64,000 bases of DNA, from contig OZ037766.1 of assembly GCA_964035545.1 (NCBI GenBank), positions 15,676,722-15,740,721 on the forward strand, written 5' to 3'. This DNA comes from Bugula neritina (lineage: Eukaryota; Animalia; Bryozoa). The notes below the pieces were generated by a model. The model was not told where the DNA came from, made no database searches, and was given only the letters and a program-made list of their open reading frames with translations. The position numbers and the translations under genes are program-made. Of this stretch, positions 41,357-54,900 are shown piece after piece. The stretch's first letter is position 1; the number at the start of each line of letters is the position of its first letter.

Positions 41357-42289
41357 ACATATACAAGTGGGCTGCTATAGTTATGATTATAACCTACTAT
41401 GTAATTTTTTGTCCAATCTTTGCCTGAGCACAAGCATGCAGCTGCAATCTTAGAATTTCGTGAATTAGTTTTCTGTTTCTGCCTTATATTGTACTGTTAT
41501 CTAAATTGCTGTTGTTCCATTTTTTAAAAACCATGCAACGTGTGCTCATTCAAAATAAAATAATTATTTATAAAAAGCCAAACAAGTTTTAAGCAGTTTA
41601 GTAAGGACTTTTAGAGCTTGATAAATGTGTGCCAGTATTTTTTTAGCTGAAATTAAAAAGTAGTAAACGGTATTGAAATAGTTAGTATTTACTGGTCACT
41701 TTATTTAAAAATATTTCATTTTAAAGATTATTTGTAAAAATTTTGCAGATTTATGAATATGAAATAATAATAATAATTGACAACAATGATAAAATAATTA
41801 AATGTTTACTAAGATAAACACTCAGTTTTTATAAGTCAAGCTACTGGATCATCAACTTTAGAGTGCAAAAAATTTATGTAGAAGTTTGCATTTTACATGT
41901 TTACGTTTGTACTAAAGATTTGTAATGTCTTTGTTTGATAAATGCATTTTATTATGTTCATCATAATTTTATTATTATTATTTTACACTGTGTTAATTTT
42001 TGCAAACCTAGATCTAGTTATGCACCTTCAAAGTGATGACAACTTCTCTTAGCAATATCTACAATTAGTATACATGATGACCGAATTCATGAAGATGTAA
42101 TAATTAATCACAGTTCTATAAAATCAAATTGACAATTTCAAGACCTGCATGTGCTGATTCCTTTCATAGTTTACCATAATTTGTTTAAATAAATATTAAC
42201 ATTGAGGTGCTGTGTGTTCTATAAAAACTTAATAAACAGTCACTAGAACTATTGTTGTCTAATGGTTAGTTAGAAATGCTATTTTAGCG

Positions 42290-42397
<108 letters not shown>

Positions 42398-43454
42398 TTA
42401 TGGCAATATAATTAAGCAAAAATCTAGCTTATAAACACAAGTTAGAATTTACATCACACGATATAATCATAACTCATATTGTAAAAATATATATGATGCA
42501 TGCCTGCAACAGTTTTTATTGGAGGCATATAAGTTGAAAAATTATATGATCAATCATTTGTAAAGGTCACCCAATGCAAATATTTACTGATATCATGCCC
42601 ATGTATATATATATTATATATACAAAGAATCACTATTCATTGTTTATATATATTTTACATGCATATCACAAAAATAAATTATATATTTATATATATTATT
42701 TTTATGATAAATTTATTTTGTTTTTTTTTGACAAAATAGTAGAAAAGATTAACATTTATGAAATTTTTTTGCAAAACTCGGTCATAAAATTCAAGTGTGC
42801 AACAAAAAAATTAATTGTGTTGACATTGAGCAAAGCTAGTGATTTTGCTACAATATATCTATAATTTCAAACAAAATTGTTAATGACAAATTTGTAAATT
42901 TTCAAGATTTGAGCAAAAACTGAGCAAGATAAAACAAAATAATAATATAAATGTACCTAAGTATAGCAAAAAGCAAAAGTTCAAACATTTTACAAAAGTA
43001 AGAAAAAACAGCATTTTATTTAACTGGTTGCAGTAAGCCTATATATTCACATGCTAAAAATATTGATTGTATTCAACATAATATTTATATGCATGTGCAC
43101 TATATTGTCTGTTTAATCTATATTTTGCAATGGATTACCGACATTAAAGTAAAACTACTTAATATTATTAGTTGGTTATTCTCACACCAGTTACTACACT
43201 GTATAATATCAAGATATGAAAAGAGTTACCCTTTATGGAACAGATTAGCCCAAAAGCTCGGTAAATGAAACAAATAGTAGTAGTAATAGATAGTGAAGAT
43301 ACTCAATGTTACACATATATACTGCTTTTCTGATTAATACATAAGCAGTAATGACTGTCAAGAAAGTAATTAAATTTTGAAACTGTCAGCTATCATATTT
43401 AATTGCATTTGGAGTTATTTCCTCTCCAGAATGTTATGATCGCTGATGTACATA

Positions 43455-46243
43455 CTAATATCCAACAGTAGTTTTGTAGCTCTGCTGATGGTGGCCAGCC
43501 CCTGTGCCTGGTGCACTGTGAGGTGCTGCAATCACATGTCCACCAGGAGCTGGGTGACTAGCCTTGGCACCAAGAAACTTGATTGGGGTAGTCCCACTTG
43601 ACGTCTCAAACTTTTCTTCAGTAGTTGTTGCTGGATTCTTTTAAGTATATAAATAGCATATTGAAAATAAATCTTAAATATGCAAATTTATATATACAAG
43701 AATATCATGAACAAATAATTGGTAATTTATAATGTAGCTATTATTAGTGAACAGATTTCTATGTCTGCATTCAGTTTTCAATATCACTGTTTTAATATCT
43801 GATCTTCAATAATTAATCTTTATTGCTGCAAACTGTTTTTAAAACTTGCACTATTATAAATGAGTTTGAATAATCTTCAACTTTACTATACTTTATTTTT
43901 AACATATCCTAGCTACATAAGCTCACTTAGACTGCATATATACACTGTATGTTTTAGTTACTCTTATATGTATACAATGCACATATACAAATATTGTAAT
44001 ATTAAATTCAATTCTTAAAAAGTCAGATTTAATTTTAAAAAATTATTAGATTTTCATTGCAATACAACCATGAAACAACATAATAATATAATATATAGGA
44101 GGCAGAATAAAATTGCAGCGATTTAAAAATATTTTTCATTTGCGCCAAATATAGAACCAATGAGTGATGCTCTTTTAAAAAGCGCCTATATCAGATAATA
44201 AAAATTGAAATAATCCCAACAACTTTTTTTAAACTATGTATGCCATCATGTATTAAATTTGCTAAAGCCATTTTGAATTTTAAAAAACTTGTTATTATAA
44301 AGCGGTTCAATCATAAATTTCATTAAATTCAGTTTTTTAAATTTTATAGCTCAAGTACTTCTTGACTTGTTTGATTTGAATCTTACATATGTGCCTATAG
44401 TTTCGCAAAGATGCTTATATAAATAATATAATTATCACTTACCCTAGCACTGGTAGGTGAAGCAACTGAAACGCCATACGGTTGATATGCTGCTGTTGAT
44501 GTCGTGTTCCAGTCATTATAAACAGCTTTAGCAGCAGCTGTGTCTATTTCAGGTTGATGACCTGGAAATGACCTTGGATGAAATCCTAAATAATAGATTC
44601 AAAAGTCATTATGAGGCATTTGTTAAACTGATAATCTGTAGTAATATGTTAGAAACGGTTAAAAAATTGAAAACTACAAACTACATTCCTATTTTGTAAA
44701 CATGGAATGTATAACTTTTTTTGGGTTGATTTTTTATAAAGTTAGTATCATACTAAAATCTAAGAAATCTATATTTTTCATAACTTGAAAAATAAAATAA
44801 AGTAGCCTTAAAATAGCCTTAAACTCGGTTGTTATGACAAACAAAAATGCATGTTGGAATTAGAGTCACTAACTAAATTCCCAAAGTTTTCTGTTTTGAA
44901 CATCAACGTACTTGTATCAACTACTTTAAGGCTTTCAAGACCAAGAATATAAAATGTTAACAGTTCACGAACTCAGTGATATTGCATTTACATAGCCTAT
45001 ATATAAGAAAAACTCACAAGTTTATAGTCGATTTCCCTGTGAGAAACCATGATGGAGTTATAATTTAAAGTGGGCTAAAGACCTATTCATACGTGGCACA
45101 GGAGCAATTACGGCTGGATACTTTTCCCAACATCAGCGATGGCCTTTTCTGAGGTTCAAACCCATGACTTCAGGCTTACTAAGTCAACGCTCCAAGCCCT
45201 AGACCACGGTTGCTCCCTTACACAGCTTATATAATAATAAGTTTAGTTTAAAACTTTATATTAAACTTGAAAAATTTTATATCCTAAAAATGTTAAATTA
45301 TGCAGACAGTATTTTGATATTACATCATAGCTATTTGCTAGGTATATAGACCTACACTATAGCTTTTAAAAGCAGAAATTATAGTTTACTATTGAAGAAG
45401 AATTTATATTTTTAAAGCAGACATAATAACTAATCTGCTTATCCTATTGCAAGAAGAAAACTTCAGCACATTAATTTTATTATTGAATAAACCATTGAAC
45501 TTACTTTTTAGAGCTTTTGCATCTTCTGGAACTTTTGGAACAACTTTGTTGTAACCTTCGTCATATGTCGTAGAAAAATAATGGTTGTACTGCAACAACA
45601 TAACATTATTGTTACAACTGTGCAAACATTATGCTACTATAATGTTTAAATGTGGTGACTACTGCTTGTTTGCAATTCTAATAAAACTAATAATTATATA
45701 TAATAATAACTTTTTAAAGTATGATTCTTGAAAGCTTATAATGGCACCTAGTCGAAGGCATTTAAATATTAATTTATTTCCAGTGCTTCCTTTGAGGCAT
45801 GTAACTATAAGTAAGAATAAATTAAGAAACCAAATGTATCAATGTCAGTTTGTTCAAATTATTAAAAGTTATATGAAGCTAGAAACCAGCTTTTATACTG
45901 CTTGATAGGGTTATAGTCTATATTTTATTATAATAAGCAAATTCTTTCATTTGATAAAAATATTATCATAAATTATTATAGTAGTATTCTGATAATAACC
46001 CACGACTGAATAGTGCAATTCACTGCATACCTGTGATGGGAGAGGTTTAGACTTTAATCTATAAGCTAAATCAAACCGATTTTCATTATAGTTGCCAACT
46101 AATGTAGATATGCCATAACCATTTTCTTTAGTAGTACATCTCCATCCAAACTGGTCAAACTTTGATTCTTCATGTGCATGTGTCCAAGGTTCAGCTAACC
46201 CAGAAGCTCTTACCATTTGATAGAATGGCTGCTGTGAACTCAT
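43455..46243 (-). CDS. CFAP68: Cilia- and flagella-associated protein 68 (C11orf1/UPF0686) homolog, ~207 aa
   Basis: Minus-strand exons: 46243-46031, 45589-45505, 44585-44443, 43637-43455 (TAG). Total 624 nt. Motifs GWRCTT.EN.Y...TL.GN.N.NRFDL....KPLPSQ, HYF.TTYD..YN and FPGHQPE.D match my recollection of human C11orf1/CFAP68. The last exon is less certain (AAG acceptor, no recognisable homology). Confidence 0.85.
45016..45217 (-). mobile_element. tRNA-derived SINE, copy 3
   Basis: The reverse complement begins GGGAGCAACCGTGGTCTAGGGCTTGGAGCGTTGACTTAGTAAGCC...CATGGGTTTGAACC, collinear with copy 1. It lies in a CFAP68 intron. Confidence 0.75.
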
Positions 46244-46370
46244 ATTGCAAATATAGATCTGCAGTCAGTTATATTGTGAAGTAGTATCTTTAAAAATTTG
46301 TGCAAGGTTTGTAACTAAATTAGTATCAAACAATGACATGTATGATCTATATAGAACTTGCTTTGCTGTG

Positions 46371-46384
46371 GTTGCTGTAGAAAC
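46371..46384. promoter_or_regulatory. RFX X-box-like site 1 (GTTGCT-GT-AGAAAC)
   Basis: Near-palindromic match to the X-box pattern GTNRCY-N(0-3)-RGNAAC, ~130 bp upstream of the CFAP68 ATG. Confidence 0.55.
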
Positions 46385-46530
46385 AACCTTGACCTGAGAA
46401 AAATATAATTTTTGTTGAGACATTTGAAGAAAGTTTAAACTATAATTAAAGAAATTTAAAAAAATGTGCATTTTATTGATTTTTTTAAATTAAAAGCACT
46501 CAGAAGTTCTTATTTCAAAATTGAACAGTG

Positions 46531-46545
46531 GTTATCTGTGGCAAC
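46531..46545. promoter_or_regulatory. RFX X-box-like site 2 (GTTATC-TGT-GGCAAC)
   Basis: A perfect GGCAAC half-site plus GTTATC, ~290 bp upstream of the CFAP68 ATG. Confidence 0.55.
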
Positions 46546-47099
46546 AAAGAGTTATCCTCTAACCGTAAATCGCTAGCCTTATGACTGTTTAATATGATTG
46601 GTCAAGTTGCACAGGTGCTTTCTGTATTGTAGATTGAAGATGAATTCGTCCACTCATATGCTTTGCGTAACATGAACAACTTGCCCATTCGGCAGATTAA
46701 TTCATAACTTCTACGAACTCCTGCTTACCATTCAACGTCCTAGTAAATGCGTAGTATACTATAGTATTAGTAATGATTATACATTGACGCCCGCTTCATG
46801 TATAGAATCACTTTGCCTTGGGCATGTGTTGATCACTTGATGTAATACAGTTGACGTTGTCATTCAATTTACTTTTGAGAAATTGAATTCGAAAGCTACA
46901 AGTATAACTAATACCTGGTAGTGATTATACTTATCATTCTAATCCATGCCATGAAAATAATAGTGAGTAGTAAAATTAAACTAAAAGTAAAACGCTGTTA
47001 GTGTTACTGTTACACTTACTGTTAGTGTTACTGTTAGTGTTACTGTTAGTGTAACAGTGTTACACTTACTGTTACTCATAGTCATACTTATACTGTTAC

Positions 47100-47505
47100 A
47101 CTTTGTGTTAGACTCGATGTTTATCATTTCACTATGTGTTTTAAATTTATACTGTAAGTTATAATTATAACTATAACTATTAGTATTAGACTTAGTATTA
47201 CATTTAGTGATTTACTGAGATTGAGAGTGAGTATCAGTATTACTATTACTAATAGTAATAGTAATAGACAATAGTACTACTAGTACTAGTAGTAGTACTA
47301 CTACTAATAGTAGTACTAGTAGTAGTAGTACTATTGTCTATTACTATTACTATTAGTAATAGTAATACTGATACTCACTCTCAATCTCAGTAAATCACTA
47401 AATGTAATACTAAGTCTAATACTAATAGTTATAGTTATAATTATAACTTACAGTATAAATTTAAAACACATAGTGAAATGATAAACATCGAGTCTAACAC
47501 AAAGT
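47100..47505. repeat. Perfect long inverted repeat (183-bp arms, 40-bp spacer)
   Basis: 47100-47282 is the reverse complement of 47323-47505, with no mismatch seen by eye. The spacer is TAG/CTA simple sequence. Confidence 0.93.
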
Positions 47506-47540
47506 ACTAGTACTAGTAGTACTATGAGTATTACTATTAC

Positions 47541-48322
47541 TATTACTATTAGTATTAGTATTGGACTATTACTTATTAGTATTACTATTACTATTAGTGT
47601 TGCTCACATTGCATGTATTACTATTAGTATTACTGTTAGTATTAGTATTACATTTACCATTTACTATTACTATTAGTATTATTATTATTAGTAGTAGTAT
47701 TACAGTAATAATAATACTATTGCCTTAGTACTAGTAGTTTCATTATCATTCTGTATTAATATTTGAGTGTATAAATTATATTAGTATTACAATTATTATA
47801 AGTATAACTATAATACTAGGTAACTCTAAGTAATACTAATAGTAATACTATTACTAATAGTATTAGTTATTACTATAAGTATAACTAGAGTATAATAATA
47901 ATATAAATATATTAGTATTAGTATTACTATTAGTATTAGTATTGGACTATTACTTATTAGTATTACTATTACTATTAGTGTTGCTCACATTGCATGTATT
48001 ACTATTAGTATTACTGTTAGTATTAGTATTACATTTACCATTTACTATTACTATTAGTATTATTATTATTAGTAGTAGTATTACAGTAATGATAATACTA
48101 TTGCCTTAGTACTAGTAGTTTCATTATCATTCTTTATTAATATTTGAGTGTATAAATTATATTAGTATTACAATTAGTATTAGTATAACTATAATACTAG
48201 GTAACTCTAAGTAATACTAATAGTAATACTATTACTAATAGTATTAGTTATTACTATAAGTATAACTAGAGTATAATAATAATATAAATATATTAGTATT
48301 AGTATTACTATTAGTATTAGTA
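47541..48322. repeat. 381-bp tandem direct duplication (2 copies plus a 20-bp partial)
   Basis: Anchor GGACTATTACTTATTAG at 47563 and 47944, and GTGTTGCTCACATTGCATG in both copies. Only a few substitutions between copies. Confidence 0.92.
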
Positions 48323-49449
48323 AATGTAATACTTTTACAGTTTACTATAAGATTACCTTTAAGAATAATGACTACTATTAATCTTAGAGTTGAACTTGCA
48401 ATTAGTGTTACTGATAGAACCACTCTTACAATTACTCTAAGTCTAACAGTATGAGTAACTCTTAGTTTTACTTTTAGTATTAAAATTGATAATCAATAAA
48501 CCTAATCGTATAACTATAAATATTTTGATTCTATGGATGATTGAATTTAATCATTAAACTTGAAGAAGACTACTCAAATTAAAAAAAATGAAATGTCAAA
48601 TGGTCAACTGAGCGGTTATGATTTTAGTTTAACTTTGTCATTATATTTTATTTTTTGTGGCAATAGACATTCACCTTGACATAGTAAGTGAGATACTCAT
48701 TGTGAATAGAATCTGGGTTTTTTGGGTTTGGGGATTAAGGTTTACTCCAAGCTTAAATCAAAAATAAAATCAACCTAGTTTTAAATTTAAGTTTAAGTTG
48801 CGCCAGTTGAGGTTATAGGGAAACCAAAATGAGTATTAATATGACTATGTCTAACTCTAATAATACTTAGGCTATTAATAAACTGGAAGTATCAATCAAT
48901 TATTAATAGTTCAGTATTATTACTATTAGTATTAGTATTAGTATTAGTATTGCCAGAAGTGTACCTATAAGTATAAGTATAAGAGTATAAGTTTATTCTT
49001 AATGCGTGACTTAAACTTATACTTAGAGACTGTACTTTTAGGGTATAGTTATAGTAATGGTAACTTGATACGAAATATAATTTAACTATAAATTAAGGTA
49101 ATAAAAGTATAACTTATTACTTATTATAAGTATAAGATTAGGTAATATAATTAAAGTAACGCTGTAAGTTCAGTTATTACTATTATTGACATTGAATTTG
49201 ATAATCATATTAAATTTTGGATTTTATACTCAATATCGATACATTATCAATTATATTTATAATTAATTTATCGTTATGATTATCAGTATAAATAAATTAT
49301 TCTTAATGGTATTATCATATGTGACTTTTATTGTTGAAGTTTATTAATAAGTGTATTATTATATAGATACTAACAGTAATCCTAACTTGTTAAAAATAAT
49401 TTGTATGAATATCGAATTTCTAGAAATAAGGCATGCATGAGTAGCATAA

Positions 49450-49478
49450 TACATATACATACATATATGATATATATA

Positions 49479-49553
<75 letters not shown>

Positions 49554-49575
49554 ATATATATATATATATATATAC
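49450..49575. repeat. (TA)n microsatellite
   Basis: Seen directly. Confidence 0.95.
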
Positions 49576-51943
49576 ACACTTGAGAAAATTGAACAGGAGA
49601 GTCATAGAAACTGCTTATTGTCCAAGCTATTGCAGTAAATAGCCGCCGTGGTTATAATGACTTGTATGTTTTGACTCATGGCGCTGTATGTTAAACTATT
49701 TGGAGACTTTTGGTCACTAATTTCTAACTCCTACTGGTTCAATTAAAAGTAGAAGATTAATAGTAAAGTTTGTACTTATACACACATATTTTGTAAAAAT
49801 ATTAATAGCTGTAATGAAAATTAATAGGCATTAGTGTTAAGACTGTTACAATGGTTTATGAGATGGGGACCACTAGTACTATTGTTATATTAATATTTAC
49901 TTTAAACAAACATTGAGTTGAAATAATTTATACTAGGTCTAATAGGAAATCTAAATGTGATTTATTTTTTGGGCATTTGCTTTTCTTTTTGTTCACTATC
50001 AACTTAAAATGTGTTAGTTATAAAAAGTTATTATTGGTATGATTAGTCTTTTAGTTGCTTTTTCATTTAGAATAAAAGTTGAAGTTTTATGATATCTGAT
50101 TTCAAATATTAATTTTATTTTCAGTAAATTTTGAAATTGGTAAAAACTTACATATAAAGCATGATATTAAACTGAATCACTAGCAGTATAATTATTCCTT
50201 CAAAATTAGGATAACTTGCAATACTACTTAAATTACATTTAGTGGTAGCCTGTTTAGTGGTAGCATACTACAGATTATACTCAAACTAAATGTAATATTA
50301 ATTACTTACAGCCACAATCATCATATTGATAATAATAGCTTTATAATATACCTCAAATTTACATATGCATGCTACTACTAAAGGATCAGATATAACAGTA
50401 AACAAAACTGATAATGTATGAAACACGTTGGTGTTCTTTATGAATTTTCTAGGGTTCTGATGAAAAACCAAACTAGATCCCCAGAGTTGTTGAGAAGCTG
50501 TTGATGAAAAAATTCAGTTTATGTCATATTATATTTTGTATCTAAGGTTGAGATTTTCTTAATCTATAGAATGTAGAGATTTTTCGCATCCAAAAACTTT
50601 TATGCTATTAAGCTGATTGCTGCAGTGGTAATATTCTTTTGCTAGTTTAAAGGAAGTTAATTGTCAGTATGTTGGAAAAAAAATCTTGTTTTTTTCTCTA
50701 CGAGTTAAAAATGCAACAACTTGTGCAATTGTATTCAAATCTAAATAAAGGAAGAGTATGAAATACCGTGTAATTGTGATAAATTCACCTTATTGTTTAA
50801 AAATCTAAAGATCAATTATTTGATAAATGATGACCGAATTTGTTAGCTAATTTTCAAAATAACTGATAATAAACTCTGATAATGGGCTGAGCATATTTTT
50901 ATCAGCCTTTGGCCTAGCATGTTTTAAACTTGCAATTGATCGGCACTCTTCAAACTTCATTACATAAACATTTTCAAATTAGGAATTTTGTTGGTCATGG
51001 CAATACTAACTTCACTATTTAGGAAATACAGTTCCTAATATTCCCATTATTCTGTCTATGCACATACGTACCCAGTTGGCACAGTAACTCATGAAACCTC
51101 TCTACAATAGTCAGCAATTTGTATGCTGGTTCAGCTTTTTACTAATGGAAACAATTGTGCAGTTTTCACATCTTTGGAATGGGAACCAGCATAACCAATG
51201 GGGTGTGGCACTCTAAAGTGTGATATGCTCTAATTTGTACCAAAAAGTTGGCCTATGTGCCAGACTAGAAGTATGTATGATGTGGCTGCTACCTCAAACA
51301 GGTAGTATTTAATAAGGTCAGCAGCAGTTCTAGTTTTTTGTCATACCTGTAGGGAAATTGTGTCATCTAGATGTGATGGCCAACAATCAGCATAAGGCAA
51401 ATAATAATGCAGTCATCCTTTGTCTGTCACCCAAATAGTATCTTATCATTGCTAAAATATTTTGTAGGAATAGTCAGCATTTACCAGCTTTATTTATGTT
51501 TCTAGTCTAACCAGTTGCTAAAGAGATCAAGTAGAAGTGTTATCTGCAAGGCTAATCAGTTGTATTATATATGGTATTGTGAGTACATCATCTATTAACT
51601 ATTTTGAGTTTCTAGTCTCTTATAAACTGACTGGCAAGTGCAAACTTGTTTGTTCAACTTGTGCCGCCGCATTGCTTCTGTTTATGCAATGCATTGTCTC
51701 ATTAAATTTCCCTGCACATTTTATTGGCCATTTTCTGTTTTTTTGAGATTTGCAACAATTTAATTAGAAATTTAGTTTTCTGTTAACATTCAATTCATCA
51801 GTGCATGGTGTCTCCTGTACAAACAGATCCTTGCTTTTCTGATTTAATTTAGTATGCTGATGATTTTGGCTCCCATTTACTGTATGTCGTTCCAGGCACA
51901 TCTGATGGTAGGTTCTAAACTCGTTCCAACTTGAGTGGCAGTA

Positions 51944-54900
51944 ATGAAGAAAGGAGATCAGATTGCCAAGCCTCCCAAGAAGCGGAAAATCCTTGAACAG
52001 TTAGCAAATGAAGGTCTCCCGACAGCGCCAATGTCGGTGCCAGTACCATTTCCTTCGATGACAAGACCCTCGACTCGGTCGTCGACTGTGAATTTAACTG
52101 ATTGGGTCGACTCTGCAGTGCTGGTGAAACAGCCCAGTAACTACTACTACCCAGGTGTCATACACTCTGTGCTCACTCCCACCTCCGTTGAAGTTCTGCT
52201 CGATAGAAATGGTGACAAACAGACTTTTCATGACGTGCTGGATCGAACTGATATGGTGCTAAGCAATCACAGTGCTCCTGCTATCATGATCAAGCAGGGA
52301 ATTAATGTCTGTGTTAAATGCAAACCCAGTGATTATTTCTTTACAGTGTGCACTGTAAAGGAAGTAAAACAAGGACCTCCTATGCATTGTTACGTACAAT
52401 TCAGCGATACTCAAAACGAGGCTTGGGTTTCTCGAGCCGCTATACGCCTCATCCAACCTCCCTGGTATGATGACCTTGAAGATACCGGAGGTCAAGAGGT
52501 TAGGAAAGTGGAACATATTGTAGTACTCGAATAAGAATAATTTTAGCAACATCTACAGATCTAAGAATTTTAGTTAATAATTTTCTGTGACTGTGTTTTC
52601 CCTCATGCTACCAGATATTAGGTTTATGTATTTTTGCTCTTTTAAATGTTTAAGGACAGTTTACAACAGGTTGTATTAGCTCTTGCTCTCTGTTAATTAA
52701 TATTTCAACTTCTGGTATTTTTTTCTGTATTTGGTTGAGTCCTGTGCAAAGAATAGTCATTTATTGAAATATTAGCCGATACTTTTGCATGGAAACTTGC
52801 TAGACTTTGATTTAAGGATGTCATTGTTGGAACCAAGCAGCTTACAGTCCATTAAAGCATAGTTTGAATGTTATACACCATTTTGTGTTGAGATAAGGCA
52901 TTTAAAATTGGTATTTTCCTATGGTTAGGCTGTAAAGTCTCTGTTTCTGCAGATGAGCCTGTTTGACAGATGATTGTTTTAAGGTTTGCCCATCACTGTA
53001 ATGTATTCAAAGTTTTGTGACCCACAATAAGTTTTATCTGTGTTTCACAGGTTTCAGCCTTTTTCTCTGCCCCTTCAGTCATCTCTCCTGGCAGCGAAAT
53101 AGATGAAGAACTTCGAGCCTTTGGATCTCCAGATTCTAGATGCACCACTCCTGGTGACAGCTTGAAACGGCCACCAAAGAAACGCGGACATGTGCGTAGT
53201 ATGAGCTCTCAATCAATAGACAGTGGCCGAGCATCTACACCTCGCCTGTCTTCTCCTGGTAAAAAGTACAAGAAAGGAGACATAGTACACCAACCAGGTG
53301 GTGTGAGGAAGAAGTACAATGGTAAGCAGTGGCGAAAGTTGTGCATGCATGGAACCTGTAACAAAGAATCTCAAAAGCAAGGGTATTGTTCACGACACTT
53401 GTCTATACAGAGCACTAGATCAGCTGACAGCTCTGACTTGAGTGTAGACACCAGCCCTCAGACTGATCAGTGTAGCTCTGGTAGAATCACTTCCGCCACC
53501 GATATGGATGAAAAAGAAGCAGTTTCCGTACTCATGTCACTAGGAAGTTCTGGTGCTGTTAGTAGTCCAGTTGTCAGTTCACCAGCAATAACCTCAACCA
53601 ATACTCCGCTAGTCAATGCTCAAACTTCACCTAAACAGGTCGGCTTCATTCCTATTTCTCCCCAGAGGTCTGTGGCATCCATGACAATGTCACCTTTACC
53701 AACACATGACACCATATACACAGCTAGCTCAAGTAGCTTGCCATCTACTACAAGCGTGACGTCACAACACCTTCCTAAATCTCAACAATCTCAAACTCAT
53801 TTCAAACCAAGCAACCTCAAGGCAGTCCCTGAGTTAGTACATAACCCTTTGCCGCCTAAGATGAATGCACATGAGGAGACCAATGCTACCACCCCTTTGC
53901 TCCATACCAATCTGAATAAAATGTTTATACCCAATACTGTGAACGAACTATCATCCAGCCAGCACAATCAATACCAGACTCAACAGCATTCTCTGTTAGC
54001 TCAGGCTCATCATCTACAACACATGCCTTACAATAGTATGTGGTCCGCTGCAAGTATGCTGGCTCAGCAGCAGTTTCTGGAACAATCTCTAATAGGATAC
54101 AAAGAGCCTTGCATTGGTTAGTTGTCTATATAATCCTAGTCAATGAATTGACAGTTTTTGATCATCTAAATATTAGTCACATTTGCTGTTGTGAAACTGA
54201 CATAGATAAGGTTCACTTGTGCTCATGATATTATTGTGTACTCGTGCAATAAAATAAACTATGTTTAATATTTCATAAGTTGGCATTTTATTTACGCTTA
54301 GAGTGACTTCAGCACTTGCATTAAACCCATTGCTGTACAACTTCTTGCTGGCCTTCTTTATCTAAGAGGCTTATATTGCTGGCATATTGCCATGTGTTGG
54401 GGAAATCTACTCCAGGAATAATCCTTCCACTATTCCAAACCACTATACTGTATTTATTAAATCAACTATTGGGTTTTAATATATCCTGTCATTTTTCAAA
54501 GCTGGCTGTGTAAGGTAACTTGTGTTAATAGCTTTCAACTGGGACCATCTTTTTGAATTCTCCATTCATGTAAAGCCATAGCCCATGTAGTTTATATCCC
54601 CGAGCTTTGTTTTACCTGGCGACTGCTATTGTGCTCTCCAATGATTCAGTGATCTCTTGTCCTTGATATTATTGCAAATACTTTATTGTTCCATGAACAT
54701 AGATTATAAATACTGCTGATTACACAATAATAATTGCCAGTTAAACAGTGCACACCTAATAACACCGGCTAGGTAATGTATAGCAGTGAGACTAGAGGCC
54801 TTGAATGGGTTTATTTCTTACGTAATTGTGTACTAATTCATAATTCAGTTCATGTTTACTATAATTGCAGTATACTTGATGGAGTGGAGGCATTAATAGA

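Noticed and set aside
48667-48683. Possible 17-nt non-coding microexon (AG|ACATTCACCTTGACATA|GTAAGT) upstream of CIC
   Set aside because: The splice signals look plausible but could be chance. Not supportable without RNA data.
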